A stretch of DNA of 51,981 nucleotides from a bacterium (GCA_030430915.1 JAUIKH010000001.1:1-51981); one strand, 5' to 3'. Shown: positions 12,821 through 21,624, counted from the stretch's first letter. Notes: a model not told the origin generated them from the sequence alone. Numbers and translations: made by a program.

Positions 12821-12885
12821 AATCGAGTTAAATTCACATTTCGCTATAGCTTGCTTTTTTAACGTTAGCTATCCATTATTAAGTA

Positions 12886-14400
12886 ATGAGAGCGCAACAT
12901 TCAGTGCAAGAATCTGGTGGTCAAGGATTCATAGTAGAGATACAAACTCACCTATCAAATAACCTGCCAACAATCCAGTTAATTGGTGTTGTTGGTAAAA
13001 GCTTAGATGAATCAAAAGACAGAATCAGAAGTGCATTTTCAAGCTGCGATATTACAATGCCGAGAAAAAAAATAACAGTTAACTTATCGCCTTCAGACAT
13101 TCCAAAAGAAGGCGCTCATTATGACTTAGCTATAGCTATTTCAATACTTGAAGAATCAAAGCAAATAAAGCCTTTAGTCGATAAACCTATAGTTTTTGGA
13201 GAACTAGGCCTAGACGGCAGAGTTCATCCTGTTAGAGGTATTATAGGTAAAATACTAATAGCCAAGAAGGCTGGATACACACACTTTTTGATTCCAGAGG
13301 TTAACTACAGACAAGCTTCTCTAATACCAGATATCAATATATGTACTGTTTCAGACCTAAAAAAACTTAAAAAACAGATAGATAATAACGAACTGAGCTT
13401 CAAATATACAAAAGAGGGCTCAGCAATTGAAGCTAAAAACGACAAATCAACAATTGATTTTTCAGAAGTAATCGGTCAAGATATAGCCAAAAGAGCACTA
13501 GAAATTGCTGCTGTCGGCCACCATAACATACTGTTGAGTGGCCCTCCAGGAGTCGGTAAAAGTATGCTGGCTAAGGCTTTAATAGGTATTATGCCGCCCC
13601 TAAATCGAGAAGAAGTCATAACAGTTACCCACCTTCATAGTCTGATAGGTAGCGACTCATCTACCTTGAAAACCTCTAGGCCTATCAGGTCGCCTCATCA
13701 CAGCACCAGCAGTGTTGCTTTAATCGGTGGAGGCCAGAACTCTAAACCTGGAGAAATATCACTCAGTCACAAAGGCATACTCTTCTTAGATGAGCTGCCT
13801 GAATTTAAAAGATCCTCGATCGAAAGTCTTAGGCAACCTCTCGAAGATAAAGAAGTTACAATTTCCCGAGCTAAAATAACAACCACCTATCCGGCTGATT
13901 TTTTACTCATAGCTACTAAAAACCCTTGTCCTTGTGGCTATTATGGCAGTTCAAAGCCCTGTACTTGCTCACCAATAGAAATAGACAGATACCAGAAAAA
14001 ACTATCTGGACCCCTTCTGGATCGTATCGATCTACACATTATCGTTGATTCGATAAAACATGAATCCTTGCTGACAGACCAAAAGGTCAAAAAAGAAAAA
14101 CAAAGCTCTCATATAAGAGAAAAAATTACCAATACTATAGAAATGCAAAATAAAAGATTTAATAACCAGACCATGAGAAACAGTAATATGACCAACAAAG
14201 ATATCAAAAAGTACGCAGGTTTATCGCAAGATTCCAAGGAATTACTGGATAAGGCAGCTCAGAAACTTGATTTGTCAGCCAGAGTCTATATGAAAACGAT
14301 TAAAGTTGCCAGAACAATAGCCGATCTCGAAGGTAGCAAGCAAATTCAAAAATCACACATCAGTGAAGCCTTAAGGTACAGGCCAATATCAATAAGATAA
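12886..14400 (+). CDS. comM: Mg-chelatase-like ATPase ComM/YifB
   Basis: 504-aa ORF. Lon-like N-terminal domain (DLAIAISIL, LGLDGRV), Walker A GPPGVGKS, Walker B ILFLDELPEF, Cys-rich NPCPCGYYGS..CTC insert. Confidence 0.9.
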   Translation: MRAQHSVQESGGQGFIVEIQTHLSNNLPTIQLIGVVGKSLDESKDRIRSAFSSCDITMPRKKITVNLSPSDIPKEGAHYDLAIAISILEESKQIKPLVDKPIVFGELGLDGRVHPVRGIIGKILIAKKAGYTHFLIPEVNYRQASLIPDINICTVSDLKKLKKQIDNNELSFKYTKEGSAIEAKNDKSTIDFSEVIGQDIAKRALEIAAVGHHNILLSGPPGVGKSMLAKALIGIMPPLNREEVITVTHLHSLIGSDSSTLKTSRPIRSPHHSTSSVALIGGGQNSKPGEISLSHKGILFLDELPEFKRSSIESLRQPLEDKEVTISRAKITTTYPADFLLIATKNPCPCGYYGSSKPCTCSPIEIDRYQKKLSGPLLDRIDLHIIVDSIKHESLLTDQKVKKEKQSSHIREKITNTIEMQNKRFNNQTMRNSNMTNKDIKKYAGLSQDSKELLDKAAQKLDLSARVYMKTIKVARTIADLEGSKQIQKSHISEALRYRPISIR

Positions 14401-14475
14401 AAGTTGCTCTAACCCCTTGAATCCCTGTACTATCTCTGGTAAAATACATTGAAAATAATAAATTAAGGAGCAACC

Positions 14476-15036
14476 ATAGGTAATTTTACTCGTCTGAATG
14501 AAAAAATTCGGGCGCCAAGGCTAAGAGTTATTGACCAGGATGGGTCTCAACTAGGAGTAATGAGCAGGTCTGAGGCGTTAGAAGCAGCAGAACAAGCAGA
14601 ATTAGACTTAGTAGAGATTTCACCCAACGCCGATCCACCAGTCGCAAAGATTATTGATTGGGGTAAATATAACTACCAACGAACCAAGCAAATTCAAAAG
14701 AACAAGAAAAATGCAAAGGCGTTGGAGCTAAAGCAAATGCGCGTCGGCCTGAAGATAAGTGACCACGATCTGGAAGTTAAAGCCAACAAGGTTCAGAAGT
14801 TTTTAGACCAAGGACACAAAGTAAAATATACACTACGGTATAAAGGTAGAGAGCTAGCCCACAAAGATGTCGGCTTCACTCTAGCCCAGAAAATAATAGA
14901 CTCTTTCGCAGACACAATTGTAGTTGATCAAAAACCACAGTTTGCAGGAAGACAATTAAATTTTGTTATAAGGAGATCACAGAATGCCAAAACTCAAGAC
15001 ACACAGCGGCACAAAGAAACGCCTGAAGGTAAATAA
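14476..15036 (+). CDS. infC: translation initiation factor IF-3, apparently starting at a non-canonical ATA codon
   Basis: The conserved N-domain (LNEKIRAPRLRVIDQDGSQLGVM) lies in frame upstream of the first ATG (14560). The frame is open back to a TAA at 14464. AAGGAG (14465-14470) sits 5 nt before ATA 14476. Confidence 0.8.
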   Translation: MGNFTRLNEKIRAPRLRVIDQDGSQLGVMSRSEALEAAEQAELDLVEISPNADPPVAKIIDWGKYNYQRTKQIQKNKKNAKALELKQMRVGLKISDHDLEVKANKVQKFLDQGHKVKYTLRYKGRELAHKDVGFTLAQKIIDSFADTIVVDQKPQFAGRQLNFVIRRSQNAKTQDTQRHKETPEGK

Positions 15037-15178
15037 GAACGGTAAAGTTCTGCGTCGTAAAGCAACTGGCAACCACCTTTTGGAAAAAAAGAGTGCTAGC
15101 AGAAAAAGAACTCATGCAGGTACAGTTGAACTGACTGGAAAACAAAGCAAAAACGTTAAACTTAAGTTAGGAATGTAG
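14984..15178 (+). CDS. rpmI: 50S ribosomal protein L35
   Basis: 64-aa ORF MPKLKTHSGTKKRLKV.... AAGGAG lies 8 nt upstream. The start is inside the infC 3' end (53-nt overlap, different frame). Confidence 0.92.
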   Translation: MPKLKTHSGTKKRLKVNKNGKVLRRKATGNHLLEKKSASRKRTHAGTVELTGKQSKNVKLKLGM

Positions 15179-15188
15179 GAAATAGAAT

Positions 15189-15533
15189 ATGAGAGTTAAG
15201 AGAGGCGTAACAGCAAGAGCTCGCCACAATAAGATCAGAAAAGCAACCAAAGGCATGAGCCTTTCTCATAGATCTAGCTATCGAAGAGGTAAACAAGCAG
15301 TAGTTAAAGCTCTAGAGAATGCTCACAGAGACCGTAGAGAACGAAAAAGAACTTTTAGACAACTTTGGAATGCCCGAATCAATGCAGCAGCTAGACAGAA
15401 TGACACAACCTATAGCAAGTTAATGCACGGTATAAAAAAGAACAACATCACTGTAAATCGCAAGATGCTTAGCGAAATAGCAATAAGCGATCCTAAAGCA
15501 TTCAGTGTAGTAGTAAAAGCTTCTCAAAAATAA
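15189..15533 (+). CDS. rplT: 50S ribosomal protein L20
   Basis: 114-aa ORF MRVKRGVTARARHNKIRKATKG..., the typical L20 N-terminus. Completes the infC-rpmI-rplT operon order. Confidence 0.95.
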   Translation: MRVKRGVTARARHNKIRKATKGMSLSHRSSYRRGKQAVVKALENAHRDRRERKRTFRQLWNARINAAARQNDTTYSKLMHGIKKNNITVNRKMLSEIAISDPKAFSVVVKASQK

Positions 15534-15547
15534 TCGTTAATAAAAAA

Positions 15548-15579
15548 CCCTTAAGACAGTTTCAATACTATCTTAAGGG
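15548..15579. terminator. hairpin terminator shared by rplT (+) and RNase P RNA (-)
   Basis: CCCTTAAGA-(14 nt)-TCTTAAGGG. An A-run precedes it on the plus strand, which is a T-run on the minus strand, so the better T-tract is on the minus (rnpB) side. Confidence 0.6.
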
Positions 15580-15586
15580 TTAAAAA

Positions 15587-15982
15587 GTTAGATACATGAA
15601 TAAGCCGGGTCCTGTCCCATACTAACTGTACGGGAGCGGTCATCTATCTAGTTCCGCATTCACACACGGAATCAAGCGGTTAAACGCAAGACCTGGTAGG
15701 ATACCAGCCGATAAATCGACAAAGCCTCGCTCCTTGCAGCAGACAGGGTTTACCAATCTTCAAAGATCACTCAATGAAGTCTGTGAGCTCTTACCTCACT
15801 CTTTTCACCTTTTCCTAAGTTGCCCTAGGTAGTATTGTCTCTGTGGCACTTTCCCTAAGATTACTCTTGGTTGCCGTTAGCAACTGTCATTTCCTTAGTG
15901 CTGCCCGGACTTTCCTCCCCTCACCACCGTTACCAAAATTTTAGTCAAAGTGGTGAGGGGCGACCGCTACTATGTATCTAAC
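15587..15982 (-). ncRNA. rnpB: RNase P RNA (bacterial type A-like)
   Basis: Minus strand contains GAGGAAAGTCCGGGC and ACAGGACCCGGCTTA (the two P4 strands). P1 pairs GTTAGATACAT (15982-15972) with ATGTATCTAAC (15597-15587). P3-like hairpin CCCCTCACCAC...GTGGTGAGGGG. Confidence 0.88.
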
Positions 15983-16028
15983 GAGTTCTATTGTAACTCT
16001 GTTACATGTCATTTCCTAGTAATAAATA

Positions 16029-16847
16029 TTACTGTAATAAATCTTCGCCTTTCACTGCGTCCAGTGCTTTATTAACCTCGGCATCCGCAAGCTTATTTAG
16101 CTCTCTGGGAACATGGGTAAAATTAATGGACTTAAAAGCACCCTGAAGCCTCTTGGCTGTCTCATAAAGCGTCCATAAGTCTCTGTTTTTTACCTTAAAT
16201 TTCCCCTTCATTTGGTTCACGACTAGTAGGCTATCTAGGAACACGTCGACTTCTGGGATGTTTTTTTGTTTACACCACTCTAGCCCAGATATAAAAGCAT
16301 GGTATTCAGCTTGATTATTAGTGGTTACACCGAGGTACTTATTCCAGCTTTCAATCACTTTATCGTCATAATCTAATATGACAAATCCAGCAGCCGATGG
16401 TCCTGGATTACCCCTTGAGCCACCATCAGCATATAATTTTACTTTTTTTATAATCGAATTTTTCTTTAAAGATTCTTTTAGCATATATGGCACGGGCTGA
16501 TCATAGGGTTTGAACTCAAAGCTTATTAAACTAACTACTGTATCTTCATCCACGCTCTCCCCGTAGAATCGCCTCAAAAACTCATAAAGTTTTTCTTTAG
16601 ATAAGCTATTGATTTCTGATGACTTGATTAATTCGGATGGTAGTTTAGATAATACGAACTCAGACGCACTAAAAACTTTTAGCTCGCCCGGCACCTGCCA
16701 CTGTTGTGGGTCATTTACATTTGTTTTATCAACTAGCTGTACTTTATCACCAACTTTTATATTTTTATCATCAATTCTTAGAGTGGTGTTTTTAGCTCCA
16801 GATATGATATCTTTGGCATACTTGTGTTCAAATTTTAATTGCTTCAT
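16029..16847 (-). CDS. rnhA: fusion protein: N-terminal ASCH-like domain plus C-terminal RNase HI
   Basis: 272-aa ORF. The C-terminal half has LYADGGSRGNPGPSAAGFVI, NNQAEYHAFISGLEW, DSLLVVNQM and NKLADAEVNKAL (RNase H DEDD pattern). The N-terminal ~110 aa (KDIISGAKNTTLRIDD..VGDKVQLVD) resembles ASCH. Confidence 0.8.
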   Translation of the reverse strand: MKQLKFEHKYAKDIISGAKNTTLRIDDKNIKVGDKVQLVDKTNVNDPQQWQVPGELKVFSASEFVLSKLPSELIKSSEINSLSKEKLYEFLRRFYGESVDEDTVVSLISFEFKPYDQPVPYMLKESLKKNSIIKKVKLYADGGSRGNPGPSAAGFVILDYDDKVIESWNKYLGVTTNNQAEYHAFISGLEWCKQKNIPEVDVFLDSLLVVNQMKGKFKVKNRDLWTLYETAKRLQGAFKSINFTHVPRELNKLADAEVNKALDAVKGEDLLQ

Positions 16848-16927
16848 TTTTTATATTTCTTTAAATTACATCCTAAGTGCAGCGGTGGTCAGCTTAGATT
16901 TACCTGCTCGATGCTAGGTGGGCTTTG

Positions 16928-16996
16928 CCCCGCACATAAAAGTACATAAGGCGTTCTCACGCCATTATCGATAGATATGTACTTTTATGTGCGGGG
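16928..16996. repeat. 20-bp perfect inverted repeat with a nested hairpin in the 29-nt spacer
   Basis: CCCCGCACATAAAAGTACAT (16928-16947) and ATGTACTTTTATGTGCGGGG (16977-16996). The spacer contains GGCG-TTCTCA-CGCC (16950-16963). Intergenic, between two minus-strand genes. Confidence 0.9.
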
Positions 16997-17082
16997 TATA
17001 AACCCTATGATTTATTGTTCAGAAAATCATATCACTGAACACCTTGCTGCCCTTTTATTATATCGCTCCTGCAGTGTCTTTA

Positions 17083-17709
17083 CTAGCGTATAAGTATGTT
17101 TAAAAAGAACTCATTCGCTGAAATCAGAATTGGACTCAATACAGGCAGCAGAACAGTTATCAGTATAATTATCACGAAGATACCAAACTGTTCTATCTGC
17201 TCCATTACTGCCTGAACTTTAAGTGGAGCAAATGCATATAAAATTCTTGATCCATCTAGCGGAGGTATAGGTAGCATATTAAACACAAAAAGACCTATAT
17301 TTATTCTTATAGCCAATATCGTAATATCTCTGAGTAATCCTGCGTCAGTTACAAAAAAGTTTAAAAACACGGCAACAACCGAGGCCAAAACCAAATTTGT
17401 AAGAGGTCCAGCAAACCCCACTGCTGCCAGCCCCATCTCTTCTCCGCTAATTCTCGATGTATTTATCGGAACGGGTTTTGCAGCTAATATCGGTGGCAAC
17501 CCAAGAAGTAACATTACAGAAGGTAAAACTAATGTCAGCATAGGGTCTATATGTTTTAGCGGATTCAAACTTATTCTCCCATGTGAATGAGCCAGATCAT
17601 CTCCCAATCTATAGGCAACTAGCGCATGCATTGTTTCGTGAAATGCCACAGAAATAAATAAAATTAAAACAAAAATAGCTATACCGAGTATTTGGAATGA
17701 TTCAACCAT
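17083..17709 (-). CDS. site-2 protease family (peptidase M50) membrane metalloprotease
   Basis: 208-aa polytopic ORF with HETMHALVA (HExxH) in TM1 and LPIPPLDGSRILY downstream. Confidence 0.8.
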   Translation of the reverse strand: MVESFQILGIAIFVLILFISVAFHETMHALVAYRLGDDLAHSHGRISLNPLKHIDPMLTLVLPSVMLLLGLPPILAAKPVPINTSRISGEEMGLAAVGFAGPLTNLVLASVVAVFLNFFVTDAGLLRDITILAIRINIGLFVFNMLPIPPLDGSRILYAFAPLKVQAVMEQIEQFGIFVIIILITVLLPVLSPILISANEFFLNILIR

Positions 17710-17731
17710 TATTATTAAGTATAGCAGTTAC

Positions 17732-18571
17732 CTAAGATACGTTTGGAAGTGAATCTTTTTTATAAGAACCAATTACTCTTATCTGTTGACCATGGCTTTT
17801 TATAATGTCTAAAGCTAATTGAGTCCGTTTTTCCTGGAGCCCCGACTCAATATCAACATAGAACATATATTCCCATTTTGTACCTACAATTGGCCTAGAC
17901 TCTAGCTTCGTTAGGTTTATATCATTCTCATAAAAAGCACCCAAAGCCTTATACAAGGCACCGGGTGAATGACCAGTCGTAAGAATAAGTGAGGTTTTCT
18001 CACACACATCTACGGAATCAGGCTTTTCTCTAGTAGCCACCACAAACCGTGTGTAGTTATGCTTATTGGTCTCCACTTCTGATTCAATTATCTCCAGACC
18101 ATAGGCTTTTGCCGATTCTTCTGAAGCAATAGCTGCCTTAGTGACATCATTCCACCTCTTTATGTCAGCAGCACTTCCTGCTGTATCGTGGTGTTCAAAT
18201 CTTTCTGCATTATGCAGATTAGTATCTAAAAATTCTAGACACTGACCTAAAGCTACCGGGTGGGAGTGTACCTCTTTAATATTTTCTATTTTCGCTCCTA
18301 GTAGGCCAATCAAACAGTGTTTAATGTGCAGATATATTTCACCCATTATCCAGATGTTGTGCTTCAAAACCAAATCGTAAACTTCATTAATTGAGCCATA
18401 TAAGGAGTTCTCCATTGCACATACCAAATAATCAGCCTCACCTCTATCTAGAGCTTCAAATACTTCTTTGAATGTCTCGCACTTAATCAATTCAGTAGGC
18501 TCACCACCGAAATATTGTTTTTGAGCAACATCGTGAAAAGAATAATCTTGGCCTTGTATAGCTACTTTCAT
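17732..18571 (-). CDS. pheA: prephenate dehydratase
   Basis: 279-aa ORF. Motifs: NYTRFVV, C-terminal ACT region GALYKALGAF and LTKLESRPI. Confidence 0.85.
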   Translation of the reverse strand: MKVAIQGQDYSFHDVAQKQYFGGEPTELIKCETFKEVFEALDRGEADYLVCAMENSLYGSINEVYDLVLKHNIWIMGEIYLHIKHCLIGLLGAKIENIKEVHSHPVALGQCLEFLDTNLHNAERFEHHDTAGSAADIKRWNDVTKAAIASEESAKAYGLEIIESEVETNKHNYTRFVVATREKPDSVDVCEKTSLILTTGHSPGALYKALGAFYENDINLTKLESRPIVGTKWEYMFYVDIESGLQEKRTQLALDIIKSHGQQIRVIGSYKKDSLPNVS

Positions 18572-18748
18572 CGCTCGTTATTGTACCACGCCCTCAACAA
18601 TATTTGACTTTATTCTATATTTATGTTAATATGATACCATAGGATTTTGTGTCTTTTTAAGTTAAGAATACCTGCCCTACCTCTTGACCAAAAGAGTTAA
18701 AAGTAGTAGTATTAATCATTGAATATCAGATAAATTTGGATAAAATCT

Positions 18749-18943
18749 ATGAACAAATGTGAAGTAACAGGCAAAGGCAAGCAATTCGGCAACAATGTCA
18801 GCTTCTCTCAGCGCCACACTAAAAAAACCTGGAAGCCAAACTTACAGAAGAAGACTCTTGTTATTGATGGCAAAAAAGTCAAAATGAAGATTAGCACAAG
18901 CGCCCTAAGAACTTTGAAGCAAAAAGGCATAGTAGCTAAATAG
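18749..18943 (+). CDS. rpmB: 50S ribosomal protein L28
   Basis: 64-aa ORF CEVTGKGKQFGNNVSFSQRHTKKTWKPNLQKK, the L28 signature. Confidence 0.9.
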   Translation: MNKCEVTGKGKQFGNNVSFSQRHTKKTWKPNLQKKTLVIDGKKVKMKISTSALRTLKQKGIVAK

Positions 18944-18963
18944 CATCTACAATATTTAAAAAA

Positions 18964-18988
18964 AGTCCCTTTTTAATGGGGCTTTTTT
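18964..18988. terminator. bidirectional intrinsic terminator between convergent rpmB and the MBL-fold gene
   Basis: AAAA-AGTCCC-(8 nt)-GGGGCT-TTTTT. A-run and T-run flank the stem. Confidence 0.65.
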
Positions 18989-19009
18989 AAGTTGAATTAG
19001 ATTTTGAAG

Positions 19010-19657
19010 CTATTTTTTATTAACTTTTAAAACAACTGCACGGGTTTGAGATTTACCATCATCGGCGGACCTAGTAACTTTATAGGAATCAACTTGCTCT
19101 CCTAAATCAAAGCTAGACACTTTATTAAACTCATCTAAAGTTTCAGCTGGGACTTCATAGTTTAGACCCTCTACCTCATATTGGGAAGGAATGACTACAG
19201 ATGGCTCAACACTCTTAATTACTGACATAGCGCCTACTTTATCTAGCGTAAACCCATTTCCACCAACAGGTAAGATTAATACATCTGTACCACCTACAGC
19301 TTCTAATACTTCATCGGAAAGATTAGGGTGTACGTGACCTAACACTGTCACAGTTAGACCGCTAACCATGAATTGATATACAGTTGCTGTTTGTTCTTCT
19401 TCGCTGTCCGTGTGCGCTCTAGTCTGTGTTCCCTTTACTGTCACATCACCAACCTCAAATTCTCCCGGACTTTCAAGAACTAATCGTGACTTTTTAGCAG
19501 CTTCATCATCTTTAGTCGCTGCTGAAGTATAAAAGGCCACCGTTTTATCACTCTGTATACTCTTGCCACCGATTTTCGATAGGTTATCATCCACTACAAT
19601 AGTTGTGGATTTGGTTTTTATCCTAAAACAATTCGCACCAAAAAATTCTATTTCCAT
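19010..19657 (-). CDS. MBL-fold (beta-lactamase superfamily) hydrolase-like protein
   Basis: 215-aa ORF with an N-terminus MEIEFFGANCFRIKTK..IVVDDN typical of small MBL-fold/UPF0173-like proteins. The metal-binding motif is not clearly seen. Confidence 0.5.
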   Translation of the reverse strand: MEIEFFGANCFRIKTKSTTIVVDDNLSKIGGKSIQSDKTVAFYTSAATKDDEAAKKSRLVLESPGEFEVGDVTVKGTQTRAHTDSEEEQTATVYQFMVSGLTVTVLGHVHPNLSDEVLEAVGGTDVLILPVGGNGFTLDKVGAMSVIKSVEPSVVIPSQYEVEGLNYEVPAETLDEFNKVSSFDLGEQVDSYKVTRSADDGKSQTRAVVLKVNKK

Positions 19658-19666
19658 TATGTCTCC

Positions 19667-20335
19667 TTATTTTTGTTCAAATAAATTATCTTTATCAATA
19701 ATAATTTGGTTTTTTGCCTGCATAACCAGTGACCAAAACTTATCATTAAGCTGTTTTCTATACTTCCACTCTTCAACTTCCAAAACAGCGTACCGCAACT
19801 CTTTATCTTCCTGCTTTTCAAGCTCTGCAACTGCCGACTCAGCTCTCGGAACAGAAACATCACCTATTATCAAAACATCTACAGGCGTATATTTATCTCT
19901 GGTAAACGCTCCTGAATATAGCAAGCCTGAAATATTCCCCACCTTATCCCATATCTTTTTGTCGACTGCACTAACTGGTTCATCGACCACTTTTGCTTTT
20001 TCAGAATCTTGATCTTTTGTATCAATTTCTTTTTCTTCATCCTTGTCTGCACTAGCTTTAGCCTTTGATTTATTACTCGATTTTTTACCAGTAAACAGTT
20101 CTCTTAGTGCTGAATAATGCTCATAGCTCTGGTCTACCTCATAGTACAATTTATTATTACTACTATCTGAAGTAATAACTCCTAAAGACAACAGATTTGC
20201 CAATTCTCTTCGCACAGAATTGATTTGCTCATCAATCTTTCTGGTTATTTCTCGCACATAAAACGGTCGATTAGGATTACTCATAAACAAGTTTAATAGT
20301 TTTGTTCTAGTTTTTGAGCCAAATAAATGTTCCAC
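19667..20335 (-). CDS. winged-helix (ArsR-like) DNA-binding protein with acidic/Lys-rich linker and C-terminal domain
   Basis: 222-aa ORF. The N-terminus LFGSKTRTKLLNLFMSNPNRPFYVREITRKIDEQINSVRRELANLLSLGVI looks like a wHTH. Confidence 0.6.
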   Translation of the reverse strand: MEHLFGSKTRTKLLNLFMSNPNRPFYVREITRKIDEQINSVRRELANLLSLGVITSDSSNNKLYYEVDQSYEHYSALRELFTGKKSSNKSKAKASADKDEEKEIDTKDQDSEKAKVVDEPVSAVDKKIWDKVGNISGLLYSGAFTRDKYTPVDVLIIGDVSVPRAESAVAELEKQEDKELRYAVLEVEEWKYRKQLNDKFWSLVMQAKNQIIIDKDNLFEQK

Positions 20336-20379
20336 TGCACTACCTCTTTCCCTATTATTGTACCAGATTTGTTCAATCG

Positions 20380-21285
20380 TTATGAAAGATGATTTTTTAT
20401 ATACTCAAAAGCTTCTTCTGCCTGTTCAAACCAAACAATATCCTTATTACGTCTAAACCATGACCGCTGACGTCGTGCATATTGCATATCTGACTTGATG
20501 AACTCTTCTTCTATAGCTTCTATATAGAAGTCATCCTCTGCTGTCCTGTGTTTTAGGGCAATTTTATAGCCTATTGCATCAAATTCTTTAGGAGGCATGC
20601 CATATTTTTCAATGATACTTTCAACCTCGTCTAAAAAACCGCTTTTGAGCATTTTTTGTATACGTCTCTCGATTCGGCTTTTTAAGACCTCCTTTCCTGG
20701 GTCAATACCTACTATTATTGATCCCGGCATTTTACTAGATTTTTTTGAAGATTCACCTTGAGCTTCAATCACTCTAATTAAGTGTCTAGGATTTCTTTGA
20801 TTCTTTGGAAGTTCCAGACCACTTTCTGTAATTATCTCCTGCAGCTGCTCGACTGTTTTTGAATCTAGTTCTTGTCTACTATACCTACTTACGGATTTAC
20901 GAAAGTTAAAATTATACAGCAAAGAGTCTATATACAACCCTGTTCCACCGACCACAACCGGCAACTTTTGCCTATTTTTTATATTTTTAAGAGAAGTTTT
21001 TGCTAGTTTTTGAAATTCAGCAGCAGAAAATTTTTCAAACGGTTCAATAATATCTATTAAATGGTGCTGGATTTCTTTTATTTCCTGCTTGTTAGGCTTA
21101 GCTGTGCCTATGTCCAGCCCTTTTCGAACAGTTTGTGAATCCGCACATATAATTTCGCCATTAAACTTCTTAGCTACTTTCATAGCTAAATCAGACTTAC
21201 CGCTAGCCGTCGGCCCCACAATAAATATAGTGTTTGGGGTTTGGTAGCTAGTAGTTAGGCTGCTTTCTCTTTCCCTATTTACCAT
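20380..21285 (-). CDS. miaA: tRNA dimethylallyltransferase
   Basis: 301-aa ORF. Motifs: IVGPTASGKS (P-loop), ICADSQTVRKGLDIGTAKP, GGTGLYIDSLL. Confidence 0.9.
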   Translation of the reverse strand: MVNRERESSLTTSYQTPNTIFIVGPTASGKSDLAMKVAKKFNGEIICADSQTVRKGLDIGTAKPNKQEIKEIQHHLIDIIEPFEKFSAAEFQKLAKTSLKNIKNRQKLPVVVGGTGLYIDSLLYNFNFRKSVSRYSRQELDSKTVEQLQEIITESGLELPKNQRNPRHLIRVIEAQGESSKKSSKMPGSIIVGIDPGKEVLKSRIERRIQKMLKSGFLDEVESIIEKYGMPPKEFDAIGYKIALKHRTAEDDFYIEAIEEEFIKSDMQYARRQRSWFRRNKDIVWFEQAEEAFEYIKNHLS

Positions 21286-21288
21286 TTA

Positions 21289-21624
21289 CTAGACCCCACC
21301 TACCAAATCCGGCCACCATATCAACTCACCAACGTCTACATAAAATTTCCCATTTTGCTCTTTTAACACATAGCCTTCCGCCAACAAATGCTCTTTATGT
21401 GCCGACCTACCACCCGGATACCCACTGGCCAACCCGCCCTTTTTATTAACAACCCTATGCCAAGGTAAGTTCGGGTCACCGTAATGAGCCACTCCACCAA
21501 CAATCCGCGATGCTCTAGGACTTCCTACCAAAGCCGCAATCTGCCCATATGTCATTATTCGACCTTTAGGTACCAGTGAAACAAGTGCCTCTACTCTTTG
21601 TTTAAAACTATTCTGCTCTTTCAT
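21289..21624 (-). CDS. alkyltransferase-like (ATL) protein: MGMT DNA-binding fold without the acceptor Cys
   Basis: 111-aa ORF. It has TYGQIAALVGSPRASRIVG and PWHRVV where O6-methylguanine methyltransferases have PCHRV. Confidence 0.75.
   Translation of the reverse strand: MKEQNSFKQRVEALVSLVPKGRIMTYGQIAALVGSPRASRIVGGVAHYGDPNLPWHRVVNKKGGLASGYPGGRSAHKEHLLAEGYVLKEQNGKFYVDVGELIWWPDLVGGV

Noticed and set aside
11730-12885. Replication origin (oriC) call for the AT-rich ORF-free region
   Set aside because: Divergent gene orientation fits. However, I found no cluster of TTATCCACA-like boxes and dnaA/dnaN are not adjacent. In addition, ~36 kb of genes to the right (16029 onward) are mostly on the minus strand, which argues against an origin here. 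It is kept only as an open question in the findings.
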